A stretch of DNA of 64,000 nucleotides from Fimbriimonadales bacterium (GCA_051003155.1 JBPCLO010000026.1:196747-260746), one strand, 5' to 3'; counted from the first letter of the stretch, positions 30,230 through 40,357 are shown. A program made the numbers and translations. The notes: a model not told the origin generated them from the letters alone.

Positions 30230-30608
30230 AGCAGGCTCGAGTGAGGCGAGCCTGGCTCGCATTAGCACAAGTGTGCCCAGCGCGGTGCTTGCCGAGTTTT
30301 GGTTATGTCTCAGCGGGGCCATCGGCGTGTTTTTCCCAACTGAGCCAAACCTTCCGTACACGAAGCACTTTGCGTTCTTGGTCATTCTTGCTACGTTAGG
30401 GACAATAGTATTCATCGTCGCGAAGCGAGGCCCAATTCCATTGGTGGTCCACGCTGTAAGCTTTGGCCTTGCCTGGATACTTCTAGGCGACTACGCAGAT
30501 ACCCTGCTGCTGCTCGCGCTGGCTATCTTAGTCTTCTCGGCTCGGCTATACGTGGAACCAAACGAGGAACAAGATGCCCAACCCGCGTCTGTGGACCGTC
30601 GAGAATGA
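30222..30608 (+). CDS. Four-TM membrane protein (possible immunity protein)
   Basis: GAGGT RBS, GTG start overlapping the previous gene, four hydrophobic segments. Confidence 0.55.
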   Translation: MSRAGSSEASLARISTSVPSAVLAEFWLCLSGAIGVFFPTEPNLPYTKHFAFLVILATLGTIVFIVAKRGPIPLVVHAVSFGLAWILLGDYADTLLLLALAILVFSARLYVEPNEEQDAQPASVDRRE

Positions 30609-30783
30609 AGGTAATTGGTCAGGCGTGCAGGCCCGGGTGGCAAGGATAAGCGGTCGCAAACTTTCCGCCGGCATTGGGTGCCGCGAGCTTATCCTCAACT
30701 CGCTCCAATGACAGGCGAAGTTGCCACGGCCCAGGTGATCCTCGCCCTCTGGTCTGCGACGAAGAGTAACGACTGGCATCGAT

Positions 30784-31317
30784 CTAATTCGCTTCGCGGA
30801 TCGAGATAATACGGTCGCCGCGTTCGATCTTGGGTATCACGTCGAGGCCCTTGATCACACGGCCGAAACCAACGTAGGTGCCTTCGAGGAAACGCTGGGG
30901 TCCGTTGGTGATGAAAAACTGGCTATCGCCGCTGTTTTGATCTTTCTTATCCCTGCTGAGCCCGAGTGTGCCGTTCACGAACTGGAGGTCGTTCTTCTCG
31001 AAGGGCACGGTTGACCCGCTGCCCCCCGTTCCGATCTTGGGATCGCCCAGTGGGAGCGTTTTCGAAAACGGGTCGCCGGTCATGACGATGAAGGGCCGGG
31101 GATTGTTTTGGACGCGATGAAACCGTACGCCGTCGTAGAAGCCGTCGCGCACCAGTTTTCGAAAGTGGGCGACGGTTTTTGGAGCTTTCTCGGGATAGAG
31201 TTCGATGGTCAACTGTCCCCTACCCCCTATGTTCACATCAACGGTCGGATAGTCGGGCTGTCCCCCGCCCATAGCTATGATTGTCGCTGCAATTAGAAGT
31301 GTCATGTTCCCTCCCAT
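30784..31317 (-). CDS. Cyclophilin-type peptidyl-prolyl isomerase, exported
   Basis: APKTVAHF, FYDGVRFHRV, SQFFI and YVGFGRVIKG motifs. Confidence 0.93.
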   Translation of the reverse strand: MGGNMTLLIAATIIAMGGGQPDYPTVDVNIGGRGQLTIELYPEKAPKTVAHFRKLVRDGFYDGVRFHRVQNNPRPFIVMTGDPFSKTLPLGDPKIGTGGSGSTVPFEKNDLQFVNGTLGLSRDKKDQNSGDSQFFITNGPQRFLEGTYVGFGRVIKGLDVIPKIERGDRIISIREAN

Positions 31318-31351
31318 ATAGACGGTCCGCGCTCGAAATCGAATCGCAACG

Positions 31352-31846
31352 CTAATCTCTTAGAGTCCGGCCGTAACCATCGTAGTTCACGTGGCCCGTC
31401 AGGATCAAAATCCCATCGACGAATGACCAGAGATGGAACACATAGAGCGTGCAAATGCCGAGTATAAACTGGAGCAGTCCGATCGCGAGATATCCGAGAT
31501 ACATGCGCCCGAAGCCCGGAATGAGCAACTGCAAGACCCCCGCGAGGATTCTGCTCGACGGACTAACGATACTGTGGGTAAGCGCAGCATTGGAAGCGAT
31601 CGCAGTTTCGAACCTCCGCCCGGATGGCTGCGCTTGTTGAACTGCGGCCGGTGGCGGTGGGGGGCCCATAGGACCGAAGCCTCGGGAGAAAGCGGGGATA
31701 GAAGCGGCGTGTACCCAGTCCGTCATGCCGTCCTTCCAAACATAGGTTTCTCGCACAACAACCTGGCTGTCGACGAGCTCAATCATTTGGTCCTCGCTAA
31801 GTGGGCCAAGCTGTCCATATTGTCCGACGTAGTACCAGTGGAACAT
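31352..31846 (-). CDS. GYF_2 (DUF4339) plus TM2 domain protein
   Basis: WYY...QLGP...YVWKDGMTDW, then AGVLQLLIPGFGRMYLGY...WSFVDGILIL. Confidence 0.85.
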   Translation of the reverse strand: MFHWYYVGQYGQLGPLSEDQMIELVDSQVVVRETYVWKDGMTDWVHAASIPAFSRGFGPMGPPPPPAAVQQAQPSGRRFETAIASNAALTHSIVSPSSRILAGVLQLLIPGFGRMYLGYLAIGLLQFILGICTLYVFHLWSFVDGILILTGHVNYDGYGRTLRD

Positions 31847-31971
31847 CGTTTGTCGCAGGGGGCGCCGCCCACAATTGCAGCAGCGCTACATGCTTTTACC
31901 ACCTTAAACCTACGCAGTCTGTGGTTTGTTTCCCGACTTTGGAAAAAACGGGCCGAAAGACCTGCCGGCGC

Positions 31972-33087
31972 CTAGTATCCCTTCTGTTTTCGCAAGAATG
32001 CTGGGATGTCGACTGATGCGCCCGCAAGAGTCAGATCCTCGTTTTCGCCCGGCTCGGGCGGAGCTTCCTCGATCGGCGCCGGCGTGGAAGCGATTGCCAC
32101 CGCAACCGCAGAACCATCGTTCTCCATGCCCGCCGCCATGATCGTCACCTTGATGTCTTCGCCGAGTTCCTCGTCGTTGACGTGGCCGACGATGATGTTC
32201 GCTTCCTTCGGATGGGTCAGTTCGATCAGGTACTCCATCACCTCGTGAACTTCGCCGATTGTGAAATTCGAGCTCGACGCGATGTTGACCAGCAGGCGTC
32301 GCGCGCCGTCTATATTGGTTTCGAGCAAGGGACTTGTGGCGGCGGCTTCGGCTGCGGCTCTGGCTCTACCTTCGCCTCCAGCCTGGCCAAGACCCATCAT
32401 CGCCACCCCCGCATCCTTCATCACGGTGCTGACATCAGCGAAGTCTACGTTGATCACGCCCGGCACCAGGATGATGTCGCTGATGCCCTGGACTCCTTGG
32501 CGCAGAACATCGTCCGCAGCTTCGAAAGCGTCGCGCATCGTTGTGCGCTGGGTCACAAAATCGAGCAATCGGTCGTTGGGAACCGTGATCAACGTGTCCA
32601 CTTGGGATCTCAGTTCTTCCGCGCCTTCGTCGGCTAAGCGGCGACGTCTTGCCCCCTCGAACCCGAACGGCTTAGTAACGACACCCACAGTGAGAATTCC
32701 CCTCTCTTTCGCAAGCTTGGCGATAATCGGCGCGGCACCTGTCCCGGTCCCTCCGCCAAGCCCTGCCGTCACAAAAACCATGTCGGTGTCATGGATCAGC
32801 GCATCGATTTCGCGCGCGCTTTCTTTGGCGGCCGCAAAGCCGACGCTCGGGTCGCCGCCTGCGCCGAGGCCCTTAGTCGCATCTGCACCCAGCTGCACTC
32901 GCTTCGCGGCACGTGAGTTCTCTAAAGCCTGCGCGTCGGTGTTTAGGGCGATGAACTGCACCCCCCTCACGCGTGCGGCGATCATTCGGTTGACGGCGTT
33001 GCATCCACCACCACCGATGCCGAGCACCTTGATGTTTACGTGAGCGTCGAAAAGATTCTCCAGCTCCATTCGCCCATTGTCCACCAT
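31972..33087 (-). CDS. ftsZ: Cell division protein FtsZ
   Basis: GIGGGGCNA, NTDAQAL, GGGTGTG, INVDFAD and C-terminal DIPAFLRK. Confidence 0.97.
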   Translation of the reverse strand: MVDNGRMELENLFDAHVNIKVLGIGGGGCNAVNRMIAARVRGVQFIALNTDAQALENSRAAKRVQLGADATKGLGAGGDPSVGFAAAKESAREIDALIHDTDMVFVTAGLGGGTGTGAAPIIAKLAKERGILTVGVVTKPFGFEGARRRRLADEGAEELRSQVDTLITVPNDRLLDFVTQRTTMRDAFEAADDVLRQGVQGISDIILVPGVINVDFADVSTVMKDAGVAMMGLGQAGGEGRARAAAEAAATSPLLETNIDGARRLLVNIASSSNFTIGEVHEVMEYLIELTHPKEANIIVGHVNDEELGEDIKVTIMAAGMENDGSAVAVAIASTPAPIEEAPPEPGENEDLTLAGASVDIPAFLRKQKGY

Positions 33088-33204
33088 ATCGCTTCCTCCT
33101 CGAGAGGTTTCTCGCTAATTGACTGGACGCACCGTTTCGTGAAGAAGGGGCAAGTTTTCAAAAAAAAGGGGGGCGCACCGAAACCCTAGGGAGTTTGGAC
33201 TTGG

Positions 33205-33229
33205 TATGATTGATTGAGCGGTCATTCAA
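33205..33229 (+). promoter_or_regulatory. -10 element (TATGAT) and probable TetR operator palindrome
   Basis: TTGATTGAGCGGTCATTCAA (33210-33229) is 16/20 self-complementary and lies directly before the tetR ATG. Confidence 0.7.
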
Positions 33230-33231
33230 CA

Positions 33232-33816
33232 ATGGGGATAGCCAAGCACATCACCAAGAGAGACCAACAAGCAGAGGAGAGGCGGGGTCAACTCATCGAC
33301 GTCGCGCTCGAACTGTTCTCCCAGAAAGGCTGGGAAAATACGTCGATCAAAGACCTCGCTGAAGCGGGTGGAGTCGCGCCTGGTCTCTTCTATCACTATT
33401 TTGAGAACAAGGAGGACCTTCTTCTCGCTGTTTTCGAGAGGCACGGGTTCAAAGCTGAACTCGAGAAGGTGGTTTTCCCCGCCTTCGAGCGGCCGGCTTC
33501 GGAGGTCCTATTAGAGGTCGCGCGCGCCTACTTTAGGCTGCTCGACCGTAAACACCGCTTGGTACGCATCTTCGTGAGAGAAGCGATGACGAATCCGAAC
33601 CTCGAGGAGCGATGGATCGAGCAGTGCAACGACACAGTGAACCTGCTTGCCCGCTATCTGGCAGCCAGGGTCGCCGCAGGCGAATTGCGACCTCACAACA
33701 CCCAAATGTCGGCGCGGATGCTCACCCATCCGATCGTCATGCTCCACTTGACCGGCGGCTCCGCGGATGAGCTCGAGTCGCTTGTCCAATGTCTCATGGA
33801 GGGAATCAATATTTGA
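33232..33816 (+). CDS. TetR/AcrR-family regulator
   Basis: ALELFSQKG..TSIKDLAEAGGVAPGLFYHYFENKEDL. Confidence 0.93.
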   Translation: MGIAKHITKRDQQAEERRGQLIDVALELFSQKGWENTSIKDLAEAGGVAPGLFYHYFENKEDLLLAVFERHGFKAELEKVVFPAFERPASEVLLEVARAYFRLLDRKHRLVRIFVREAMTNPNLEERWIEQCNDTVNLLARYLAARVAAGELRPHNTQMSARMLTHPIVMLHLTGGSADELESLVQCLMEGINI

Positions 33817-35120
33817 AAAGATTCAATTCAAAACTAAAGCTCGTCCTGCTAGCGGCCGCAGCATCGGTGACTGCGTTCGCCGCGGAGCCTCTAACGATCG
33901 AGGAGGCCGTGCGGATCGCCAAGGCAAATGCGTACGAGGTCCTCGCAGCCCAGGCCGAGTCCAGACGGGCGAGGGCGGTTGTATCCGAAGCCAAGGGAAG
34001 ACTGTTGCCGGAAGTGACGGTTGACGGGCGCTATACGCGTTTCGTCGAGGAGAGCACGATCGTAATCAATCAGAATGAGCCGCCCATCGTTATCCGGCCC
34101 ATTGATCAGAAGTCCGTTGCGCTCAACCTCTCGCAGACCGTCGACATATTCGGTGTTGCCGGGCTAGCGATAAGTGGGGCTAGGTCGCTGTTCCTGGCTA
34201 GTGAAGCGATGGTTGCGAGCGCCATAAACGATGTTGCCCTAAGGGCGAAATCGGGCTTTCTCGATGTTCTCCGAGCGGAAGAGTTGGTGGGAGTGGCTGA
34301 CGAGCGGATTGCCAACGTCCAGGAGGAACTCAGGGTAGCGCGTCTCAAGAACCAAGAAGGCGCCGCCGCTAAGTTCGACGTGATTCGGTTCGAGGCGGAA
34401 CTTGCCACGGCCGAGCAGGAACGCCTCCAAGCCGCCAACACCCAGGACCTCGCCAAAGCGGCGTTCAACGAAGTTCTGGCTCGCGATATCTCCACACCAG
34501 TAGAGTTAGTGAAACCCGGACCTGTTCCAGCGATTGCGCGGCCGCTTGCCGATCTCACCGAACTCGCCTTACAACAGCGGCCCGACATCGTGGCAGCGGC
34601 AAGGCGGCTGGATTATCAGAACCACTATCGCAGGGCTCGCCAAAAGGATGGGCTGCCAGCGCTCAATCTGAGCGGGGGGATCACCTACAATCCCGACGCG
34701 GGAGGACTGGGCGGCATGCAGTCGGATGCGTCTGCAACGGCTGTCCTGAGTTTCCCATTGTTCGACGGAGGCACCCGACGCGCGCGGGTCAGCCAGGCGA
34801 GAGCGGATGAAGATAGAGCCCGCGTGCTCTTGGCTCAGCAGAGCCGCACCGTCGAGAAAGAGGTCAAACAAGCTTATCTGAACGTCGAGTCAGCTCGCCA
34901 GCAGATTGAGACCGCAGAGAAAGGACTCGAGTTCGCAAGAGAAACCCTGAGGATCGCGAGGATACGTTACGAAGCCGGCGTGGGGACGCCCCTCGAGCTT
35001 TCCGATGCCAATGTAGTTTTAGTTCGGGCGAGAACCGCCCTAGTCGATGCAACGTATGGTTATCGCGACGCAATAGCGAACCTTCAGAGGGCAGTCGGCA
35101 TCGAGGAGATATTTGAATGA
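33813..35120 (+). CDS. TolC-family outer membrane efflux protein
   Basis: TTG start overlapping the tetR stop; LLP, RPD, FPLFDGG and RYEAGVGT motifs. Confidence 0.92.
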   Translation: MKRFNSKLKLVLLAAAASVTAFAAEPLTIEEAVRIAKANAYEVLAAQAESRRARAVVSEAKGRLLPEVTVDGRYTRFVEESTIVINQNEPPIVIRPIDQKSVALNLSQTVDIFGVAGLAISGARSLFLASEAMVASAINDVALRAKSGFLDVLRAEELVGVADERIANVQEELRVARLKNQEGAAAKFDVIRFEAELATAEQERLQAANTQDLAKAAFNEVLARDISTPVELVKPGPVPAIARPLADLTELALQQRPDIVAAARRLDYQNHYRRARQKDGLPALNLSGGITYNPDAGGLGGMQSDASATAVLSFPLFDGGTRRARVSQARADEDRARVLLAQQSRTVEKEVKQAYLNVESARQQIETAEKGLEFARETLRIARIRYEAGVGTPLELSDANVVLVRARTALVDATYGYRDAIANLQRAVGIEEIFE

Positions 35121-36586
35121 AGAGACACATTGCTTTAGGTGTGATTGTGCTGGCTTTGTTGGCAACGGTGTTCTATTTCGTCGGGAGGCCCGACAAAGAG
35201 GCGCAAAAAGAAGCCAAGGCGCAGCAGCAAATGATTGCTGACCAGATCGTACCCGTCACTTTTGTCAGCCCCAGGACGTCTGCCTTGAAGAGCACCCTCG
35301 ACGTAAGTGGGCCTTTGAAAACCCTCGACGACGTGCAGTTAGGCGCCAAGATTCCTGGCCGGTTGACGATGGTCACCGTCCGCGAAGGCTCCCGCGTACG
35401 CGCCGGACAAGTGGTTGCGCGGGTGGAAACGCGCAACCTCATGCAGCAAATCAACCAGGCACAAGGCGCGCTACAGGCGGCCATGAGCGTGAAGCAGCAA
35501 GCGGAAATCCAGGCCAACATCAGCCCGCAGCAATCGTTGGCCACGATCCGCCAGGCGCAGGCGGGCCTCGACGCGTCCAAGGCTCGACTCTCGCTCGTAC
35601 GGAAGGGCGCTCGGTCTCAAGAAAAGGATCAGGCCAAAGAACGAGTTAACGAGTCGAAAGCACGGCTCGATAAGGCCAAAAGCGATTTGGATCGAGCCAA
35701 GCGGCTTTTTGCAGGCGATGCGATCCCCAGAGCGGATGTGGAGGCGGCGCAGATGCAGTACGACTCGGCTCTATCGAACTACCGGAGCGCGCTCGAAGGA
35801 TACGATCTAGTGGTGGAAGGCGCCCGGCCCGAGGAGATATCGCAAGCCGAGGACGCTGTTCGTCAGGCAGAGGAGCAGCTTAGGCTGGCACGAACGAACA
35901 CTATCACTGACCACGTGAAGAGGCAGCAAGTGCAGCAGGCGGAGGCTCAGATTAGACAAGCAAGGGCTTCTCTGAGCTTGGCGCAAATGCAACTTGCCGA
36001 TGCTGCCGTCGTCTCGCCTGTAAGCGGATACGTTTCGGGTAAGCCGGCTCAGGTGGGCCAGGTCGTCAATGTCGGCTCGCCCATAGCTACGGTTGTTGGG
36101 CTTAGCGGCGTCTATTTCGAAGGACAAATTCCAGAAACCGAAATCGCCAACGTGTCCGTGGGCCAGCAGGCTTCGGTGCGTATGGATGCCCTTCCGAACC
36201 GTGTGTTCACCGGCAGGATCGTCGCGATCGATCCACGAGCCGACAACCTGGGCCGCCAATTCGCCGCGCGTATCGCGATGAACGATGGCGGCGTGCTGAG
36301 GCCGGGAATGTTTGGAAAGGCCACGCTAACTTTGATAACCATACCAAACGCCGTTCTCGTGCCTCGCGATGCGGTACTGAAGCAGAACGGCACAGCATTC
36401 GTTTTCGTTGCCAACGGACAGGTCGCCAAGAAGCTGGCGGTCAAACTCGGACGAGTACAGAAGGACTGGATTCAGGTTATAGGGCTCGCGCCGTCCGAAA
36501 AGGTCATCGTGAAGGGCAAAGACGCACTCACAGACGGAGGCAAAATCCGCGAAGACGACTCTGAGCTTAAAGAGGCACGGTTGTGA
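35117..36586 (+). CDS. RND efflux periplasmic adaptor (long coiled coil)
   Basis: N-terminal TM, lipoyl halves (VREGSRVRAGQ; SPVSG) and LRPGMF. Confidence 0.92.
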   Translation: MKRHIALGVIVLALLATVFYFVGRPDKEAQKEAKAQQQMIADQIVPVTFVSPRTSALKSTLDVSGPLKTLDDVQLGAKIPGRLTMVTVREGSRVRAGQVVARVETRNLMQQINQAQGALQAAMSVKQQAEIQANISPQQSLATIRQAQAGLDASKARLSLVRKGARSQEKDQAKERVNESKARLDKAKSDLDRAKRLFAGDAIPRADVEAAQMQYDSALSNYRSALEGYDLVVEGARPEEISQAEDAVRQAEEQLRLARTNTITDHVKRQQVQQAEAQIRQARASLSLAQMQLADAAVVSPVSGYVSGKPAQVGQVVNVGSPIATVVGLSGVYFEGQIPETEIANVSVGQQASVRMDALPNRVFTGRIVAIDPRADNLGRQFAARIAMNDGGVLRPGMFGKATLTLITIPNAVLVPRDAVLKQNGTAFVFVANGQVAKKLAVKLGRVQKDWIQVIGLAPSEKVIVKGKDALTDGGKIREDDSELKEARL

Positions 36587-39500
36587 ACCTGACCCTTTCT
36601 GCAATCCGGCGTCCGGTTTGGGTGTGGATGCTCGTGGTTGCCGCTCTCGTTCTCGGTTGGCGCGCTTTGGGAAGTCTGCCCGTCGAGGATAACCCTGAGG
36701 TCTCTTTCCCGAATATCAGCGTTGTCACGTCATATTTCGGCGCCAGTCCTGGCGAAATCGAGAACCAAATCTCGAAGAAGATAGAGGACGCAGTAACTTC
36801 TGTCGCCGGAATCGAAACGATCGACTCGACGTCAACGGAAGGTGTCTCCATTGTCAGTATCCAGTTCGATCTAAAAACGAACCAGGACACCGCGCTGGCT
36901 GACGTCAAATCCAAGATCGACGCGATCATCGATCAACTCCCGCGCGACGCCGAACGTCCGGTCGTGTCGAAGATCAACTTCGCTTCGCAGCCCATCTTGA
37001 CACTTGCTGCAGAAAACGAATCGATGAGCGCGATGGACCTAAGAGACTTCCTCGAAGACCGAGTCCAAGATCAGCTCTCGCGTATTCCGGGGGTTGCCGA
37101 GGTCAGCATTTTCGGCGGCGCCGAGCGAGAAATTCGAGTAGCGATCGACAAGAATCGGCTGCTCAGCTACGGAATGGGCATGGTAAGTGTGCTCGATGCC
37201 GTCCGCGGCGCATCGATCAATGTTCCGGGTGGCCGAATCACGGAAGGCAACCGCGAGACGTCCGTTCGCGTCCAAGGCGAGTTCGACTCCGTCGACGAAA
37301 TCCGGAACCTCGTAATTCCGGTGGCCGATCGAGAGGATCCGAACGCGCCTCCCGCGATTGTGCGCCTGCAGGATATCGCCGAAGTCACCGACGGACCGGC
37401 AAGGAGGACGACGATCAGCCGCGTCAACGGCCGAGAGGCCGTCCTGCTGACCGTTCAAAAGATACGGGAAGGCAACACCGTCGACATCACAAAGATGGTT
37501 CACGCCGAACTCGGGAAGGTTTCCAAAAAACACAAGATCAAGTTCACGACAACCTTCGAGAGCGCCGAGTCGGTCACGGAGTCGATCCAGGACCTGAACA
37601 TGGCGCTGATTATCGGCATCGTGCTCGTCATCAGCATCATCTATTTGTTCCTGCACAACCTCCGCGGCACGTTGATCGTTGCTCTGGCTATCCCGACTTG
37701 TCTGTTCGTCGCTTTTGCAGCAATTCAAGCTTTCGGCTTCACGCTCAACACGATGACGATGCTCGGTCTATCGCTGGCGGTCGGCATCCTGGTAGACGAC
37801 GCGATCGTCGTGCTCGAAAACACTTTTAGGCACCTGGCCAAGGGCGAGCCGCCGGAACAGGCAGCTTTGCAAGGCAGGGCCGAGATCGGGTTGGCTGCCA
37901 TCGCGATCACAATGGTCGACCTCGTGGTATTTCTGCCGGTCGCCTTCATGGGTGGCATCATCGGACAGTTCTTCCGCCCGTTCGCGCTGACCGTCGCCGC
38001 GGCCACGCTCACATCTCTCTTCGTCTCATTCACGTTGACGCCGATGCTTGCCAGCCGCTGGTACAAGCAGGGTGAAGACATCGAGGTCAAGAAGGGCTTC
38101 GGCAAGTGGTTCGACGACCGCTTCCATGCGTTTGCGAACGCTTACCGCGAGTTGTTGGAGAAGGCGCTCAAGAGGCGATGGCTCGTCTTCATGGCAGGCT
38201 GGGCGTTCCTTTTCGGAATCTTCATGATGATCGGCGCAGGCGCCGCCAAGTCGATGGACGAAGCCATTCAGAGGCCCCTGAATATGGCGATGATGGCTGC
38301 GGCCGTCGGGGTCGTGTTTTTCATCGGCACCGTCATACGCCGCAAGGCCAACTTCAAGATTGTCCTGGGGGCGCTCGGATTCGGCGCTACGCTCGTTCTG
38401 TTCGGCGTGCTGGGATTCCAGCTTGGCCAGAGGAAGGGCGGCCCATTGCTCACCGACCGGTTCTTCGGGGGCGGCGATACCGGCCAGATCCAGGTGCAGA
38501 TTACGATGCCGGCCAGTTCCTCTCTGGACCGAACGCTCGAGGTCGTGGAGCGCGTGGAAGGCGTCGCCGAAAAGATGCCGGATGCGGAGTTTGTAACCAG
38601 CACGATCGGCAATCAGCAGAGCGGCTTCGGGGGCGCCAACGTGGGCTCTCAGTACGCAGACGTGAACGTCACCTTGAAGGATAAGGCCGCGCTGCTCGAC
38701 GACCTGATGTTCTGGAAATCGAAGGGCGACATGAGAACGCGATCTATCGACAGCCTTGTGAGCCAACTCCAGCAGAAGATCGGCAAGGTGCCTGATGCCC
38801 GCGTCGTGGTTGCCGCCGGTGGCCAGTTCGGCGGAGCGCCTATCGACGTCCGAATCCTGAGCACAAACTCGGCGGCAGTAACGCCGGCAGCACTGAAGGC
38901 AAAGGATATCATTTCGGGAGTTCCCGGCATAGTCAGCGTAGACTTGAGCTCCAAGCCCGGCAAACCCGAACTGGTGGTCCGCCCCGACCGAGTCCGCCTT
39001 GCAGATAACGACATATCGGTATCACAGGTTGGTCAAGCGGCCCGCGTTCTTTACGAGGGAGATACGACCGCCAAATACCGAGAGGAGGGCCGAGAATACG
39101 ACATTCGCGTCAACCTCGCCGACGACGTGCGCGACGATAGCGAGGCGTTGGGTTCAGTTCCGGTCGCATTCAGAATGGGCAACCCCGTGCGTATGGCCGA
39201 TGTCGCCGCGATCGAACCCAGCGTCGGCCCTGACAAAGTGGAAAGGCGTGACCGGCATCGCCAAATAGCGGTGACCGCCCAATTGCTTCCGGGCCACGTA
39301 CCGGGAACGGTTGGCACTGAGATCACCAAGCGCCTGAAAGCAGCGGATCTCGGCGAGAACGTGACGTTTGCCCTCGGTGGCGAGAACGAGATCCAGGCCC
39401 GCGAGATGCCCTATATGATCGGCGCGTTCGCCCTCGGCCTTGTTCTCGTGTTCCTTGTGTTGGCGTCGCTGTTCAACAACATCCTCTACCCGTTCATTGT

Positions 39501-40002
39501 TCAGCTGTCCCAGCCACAGGCTCTCGTTGGCGCATTCCTAGCCCTGATGGTCACGAACAAACCAACCGACGTAGTTGTGAACATCGGCCTTATTATGCTG
39601 ATCGGTCTCGTCGGAAAGAACGCGATTCTGCTCGTGGACTACACGAACACACTTCGCGCGCGCGGCATGAACAGGCACGATGCCCTGGTAGAAGCGGGGC
39701 CGACGCGTCTCCGCCCGATCCTGATGACGACAATCGCCATGATCCTATCGATGCTGCCGGTAGCGATGGCGATCGGGCGAGGCTCCGAGTTCCGCGCACC
39801 GCTCGGCGTCGTGATCATCGGCGGCCTAACGCTCTCGACCATTCTGACCCTCTTCATCATCCCGGCGAGCTATACGCTCTTCGATGACCTCTCCAACTCG
39901 ATCTCCAGCCTCGTGCATCGCAAGAGGAAGGAGAAGCCGAGCACGAACGGTGAGGGCGAAGCGCCCTCCATGGAGCGCACGACCGTCCCGGCCACAGAAT
40001 AA
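36583..40002 (+). CDS. RND efflux permease (AcrB/SwrC-like)
   Basis: GILVDDAIVVLEN, SFTLTPML, KNAILLVD and RLRPILMTT motifs. Confidence 0.95.
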   Translation: MNLTLSAIRRPVWVWMLVVAALVLGWRALGSLPVEDNPEVSFPNISVVTSYFGASPGEIENQISKKIEDAVTSVAGIETIDSTSTEGVSIVSIQFDLKTNQDTALADVKSKIDAIIDQLPRDAERPVVSKINFASQPILTLAAENESMSAMDLRDFLEDRVQDQLSRIPGVAEVSIFGGAEREIRVAIDKNRLLSYGMGMVSVLDAVRGASINVPGGRITEGNRETSVRVQGEFDSVDEIRNLVIPVADREDPNAPPAIVRLQDIAEVTDGPARRTTISRVNGREAVLLTVQKIREGNTVDITKMVHAELGKVSKKHKIKFTTTFESAESVTESIQDLNMALIIGIVLVISIIYLFLHNLRGTLIVALAIPTCLFVAFAAIQAFGFTLNTMTMLGLSLAVGILVDDAIVVLENTFRHLAKGEPPEQAALQGRAEIGLAAIAITMVDLVVFLPVAFMGGIIGQFFRPFALTVAAATLTSLFVSFTLTPMLASRWYKQGEDIEVKKGFGKWFDDRFHAFANAYRELLEKALKRRWLVFMAGWAFLFGIFMMIGAGAAKSMDEAIQRPLNMAMMAAAVGVVFFIGTVIRRKANFKIVLGALGFGATLVLFGVLGFQLGQRKGGPLLTDRFFGGGDTGQIQVQITMPASSSLDRTLEVVERVEGVAEKMPDAEFVTSTIGNQQSGFGGANVGSQYADVNVTLKDKAALLDDLMFWKSKGDMRTRSIDSLVSQLQQKIGKVPDARVVVAAGGQFGGAPIDVRILSTNSAAVTPAALKAKDIISGVPGIVSVDLSSKPGKPELVVRPDRVRLADNDISVSQVGQAARVLYEGDTTAKYREEGREYDIRVNLADDVRDDSEALGSVPVAFRMGNPVRMADVAAIEPSVGPDKVERRDRHRQIAVTAQLLPGHVPGTVGTEITKRLKAADLGENVTFALGGENEIQAREMPYMIGAFALGLVLVFLVLASLFNNILYPFIVQLSQPQALVGAFLALMVTNKPTDVVVNIGLIMLIGLVGKNAILLVDYTNTLRARGMNRHDALVEAGPTRLRPILMTTIAMILSMLPVAMAIGRGSEFRAPLGVVIIGGLTLSTILTLFIIPASYTLFDDLSNSISSLVHRKRKEKPSTNGEGEAPSMERTTVPATE

Positions 40003-40074
40003 TTCCCCGGGCAACCTAGAATGCAGCACCCCTTCCGCGTGATGTTGCATCCTCCTGAGCCGATGGCAGGAGCC

Positions 40075-40188
40075 TCATCCCGGGAAAGTCCACCACGCTT
40101 TGTCGATACGGCCGAGCCACGGATAAACGAATGTCGATCCGAGGGCGCGATAGCTGAGAACAGCAACGGTGTTCGTTGCGAATTTCAC
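40075..40188 (-). CDS. Candidate 37-aa small protein MKFATNTVAVLSYRALGSTFVYPWLGRIDKAWWTFPG
   Basis: GGAGGG 5 nt before GTG; hairpin CTCCTG..CAGGAG right after the TGA. Below the ORF-track cutoff. Confidence 0.4.
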   Translation of the reverse strand: MKFATNTVAVLSYRALGSTFVYPWLGRIDKAWWTFPG

Positions 40189-40357
40189 TTTTACCCTCCA
40201 ATCCTGAGAAGGTTCTAAACGCCCCAAGCCATCCCAGATACATCCCCATATACACGAAAAACCGGCCCTGTCAAGGCAGCAGGCGAAAAACAGGCATTGG
40301 GTAGATTCGGTGCTTGGCTCGTAACGCGCCAGGCATTGCCAAGTACAATGCTTGCTA

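Noticed and set aside
40016..40260. tmRNA-like 5' start (GGGGATGTA) on the minus strand
   Set aside because: No matching T-arm/CCA 3' end and no tag reading frame found.
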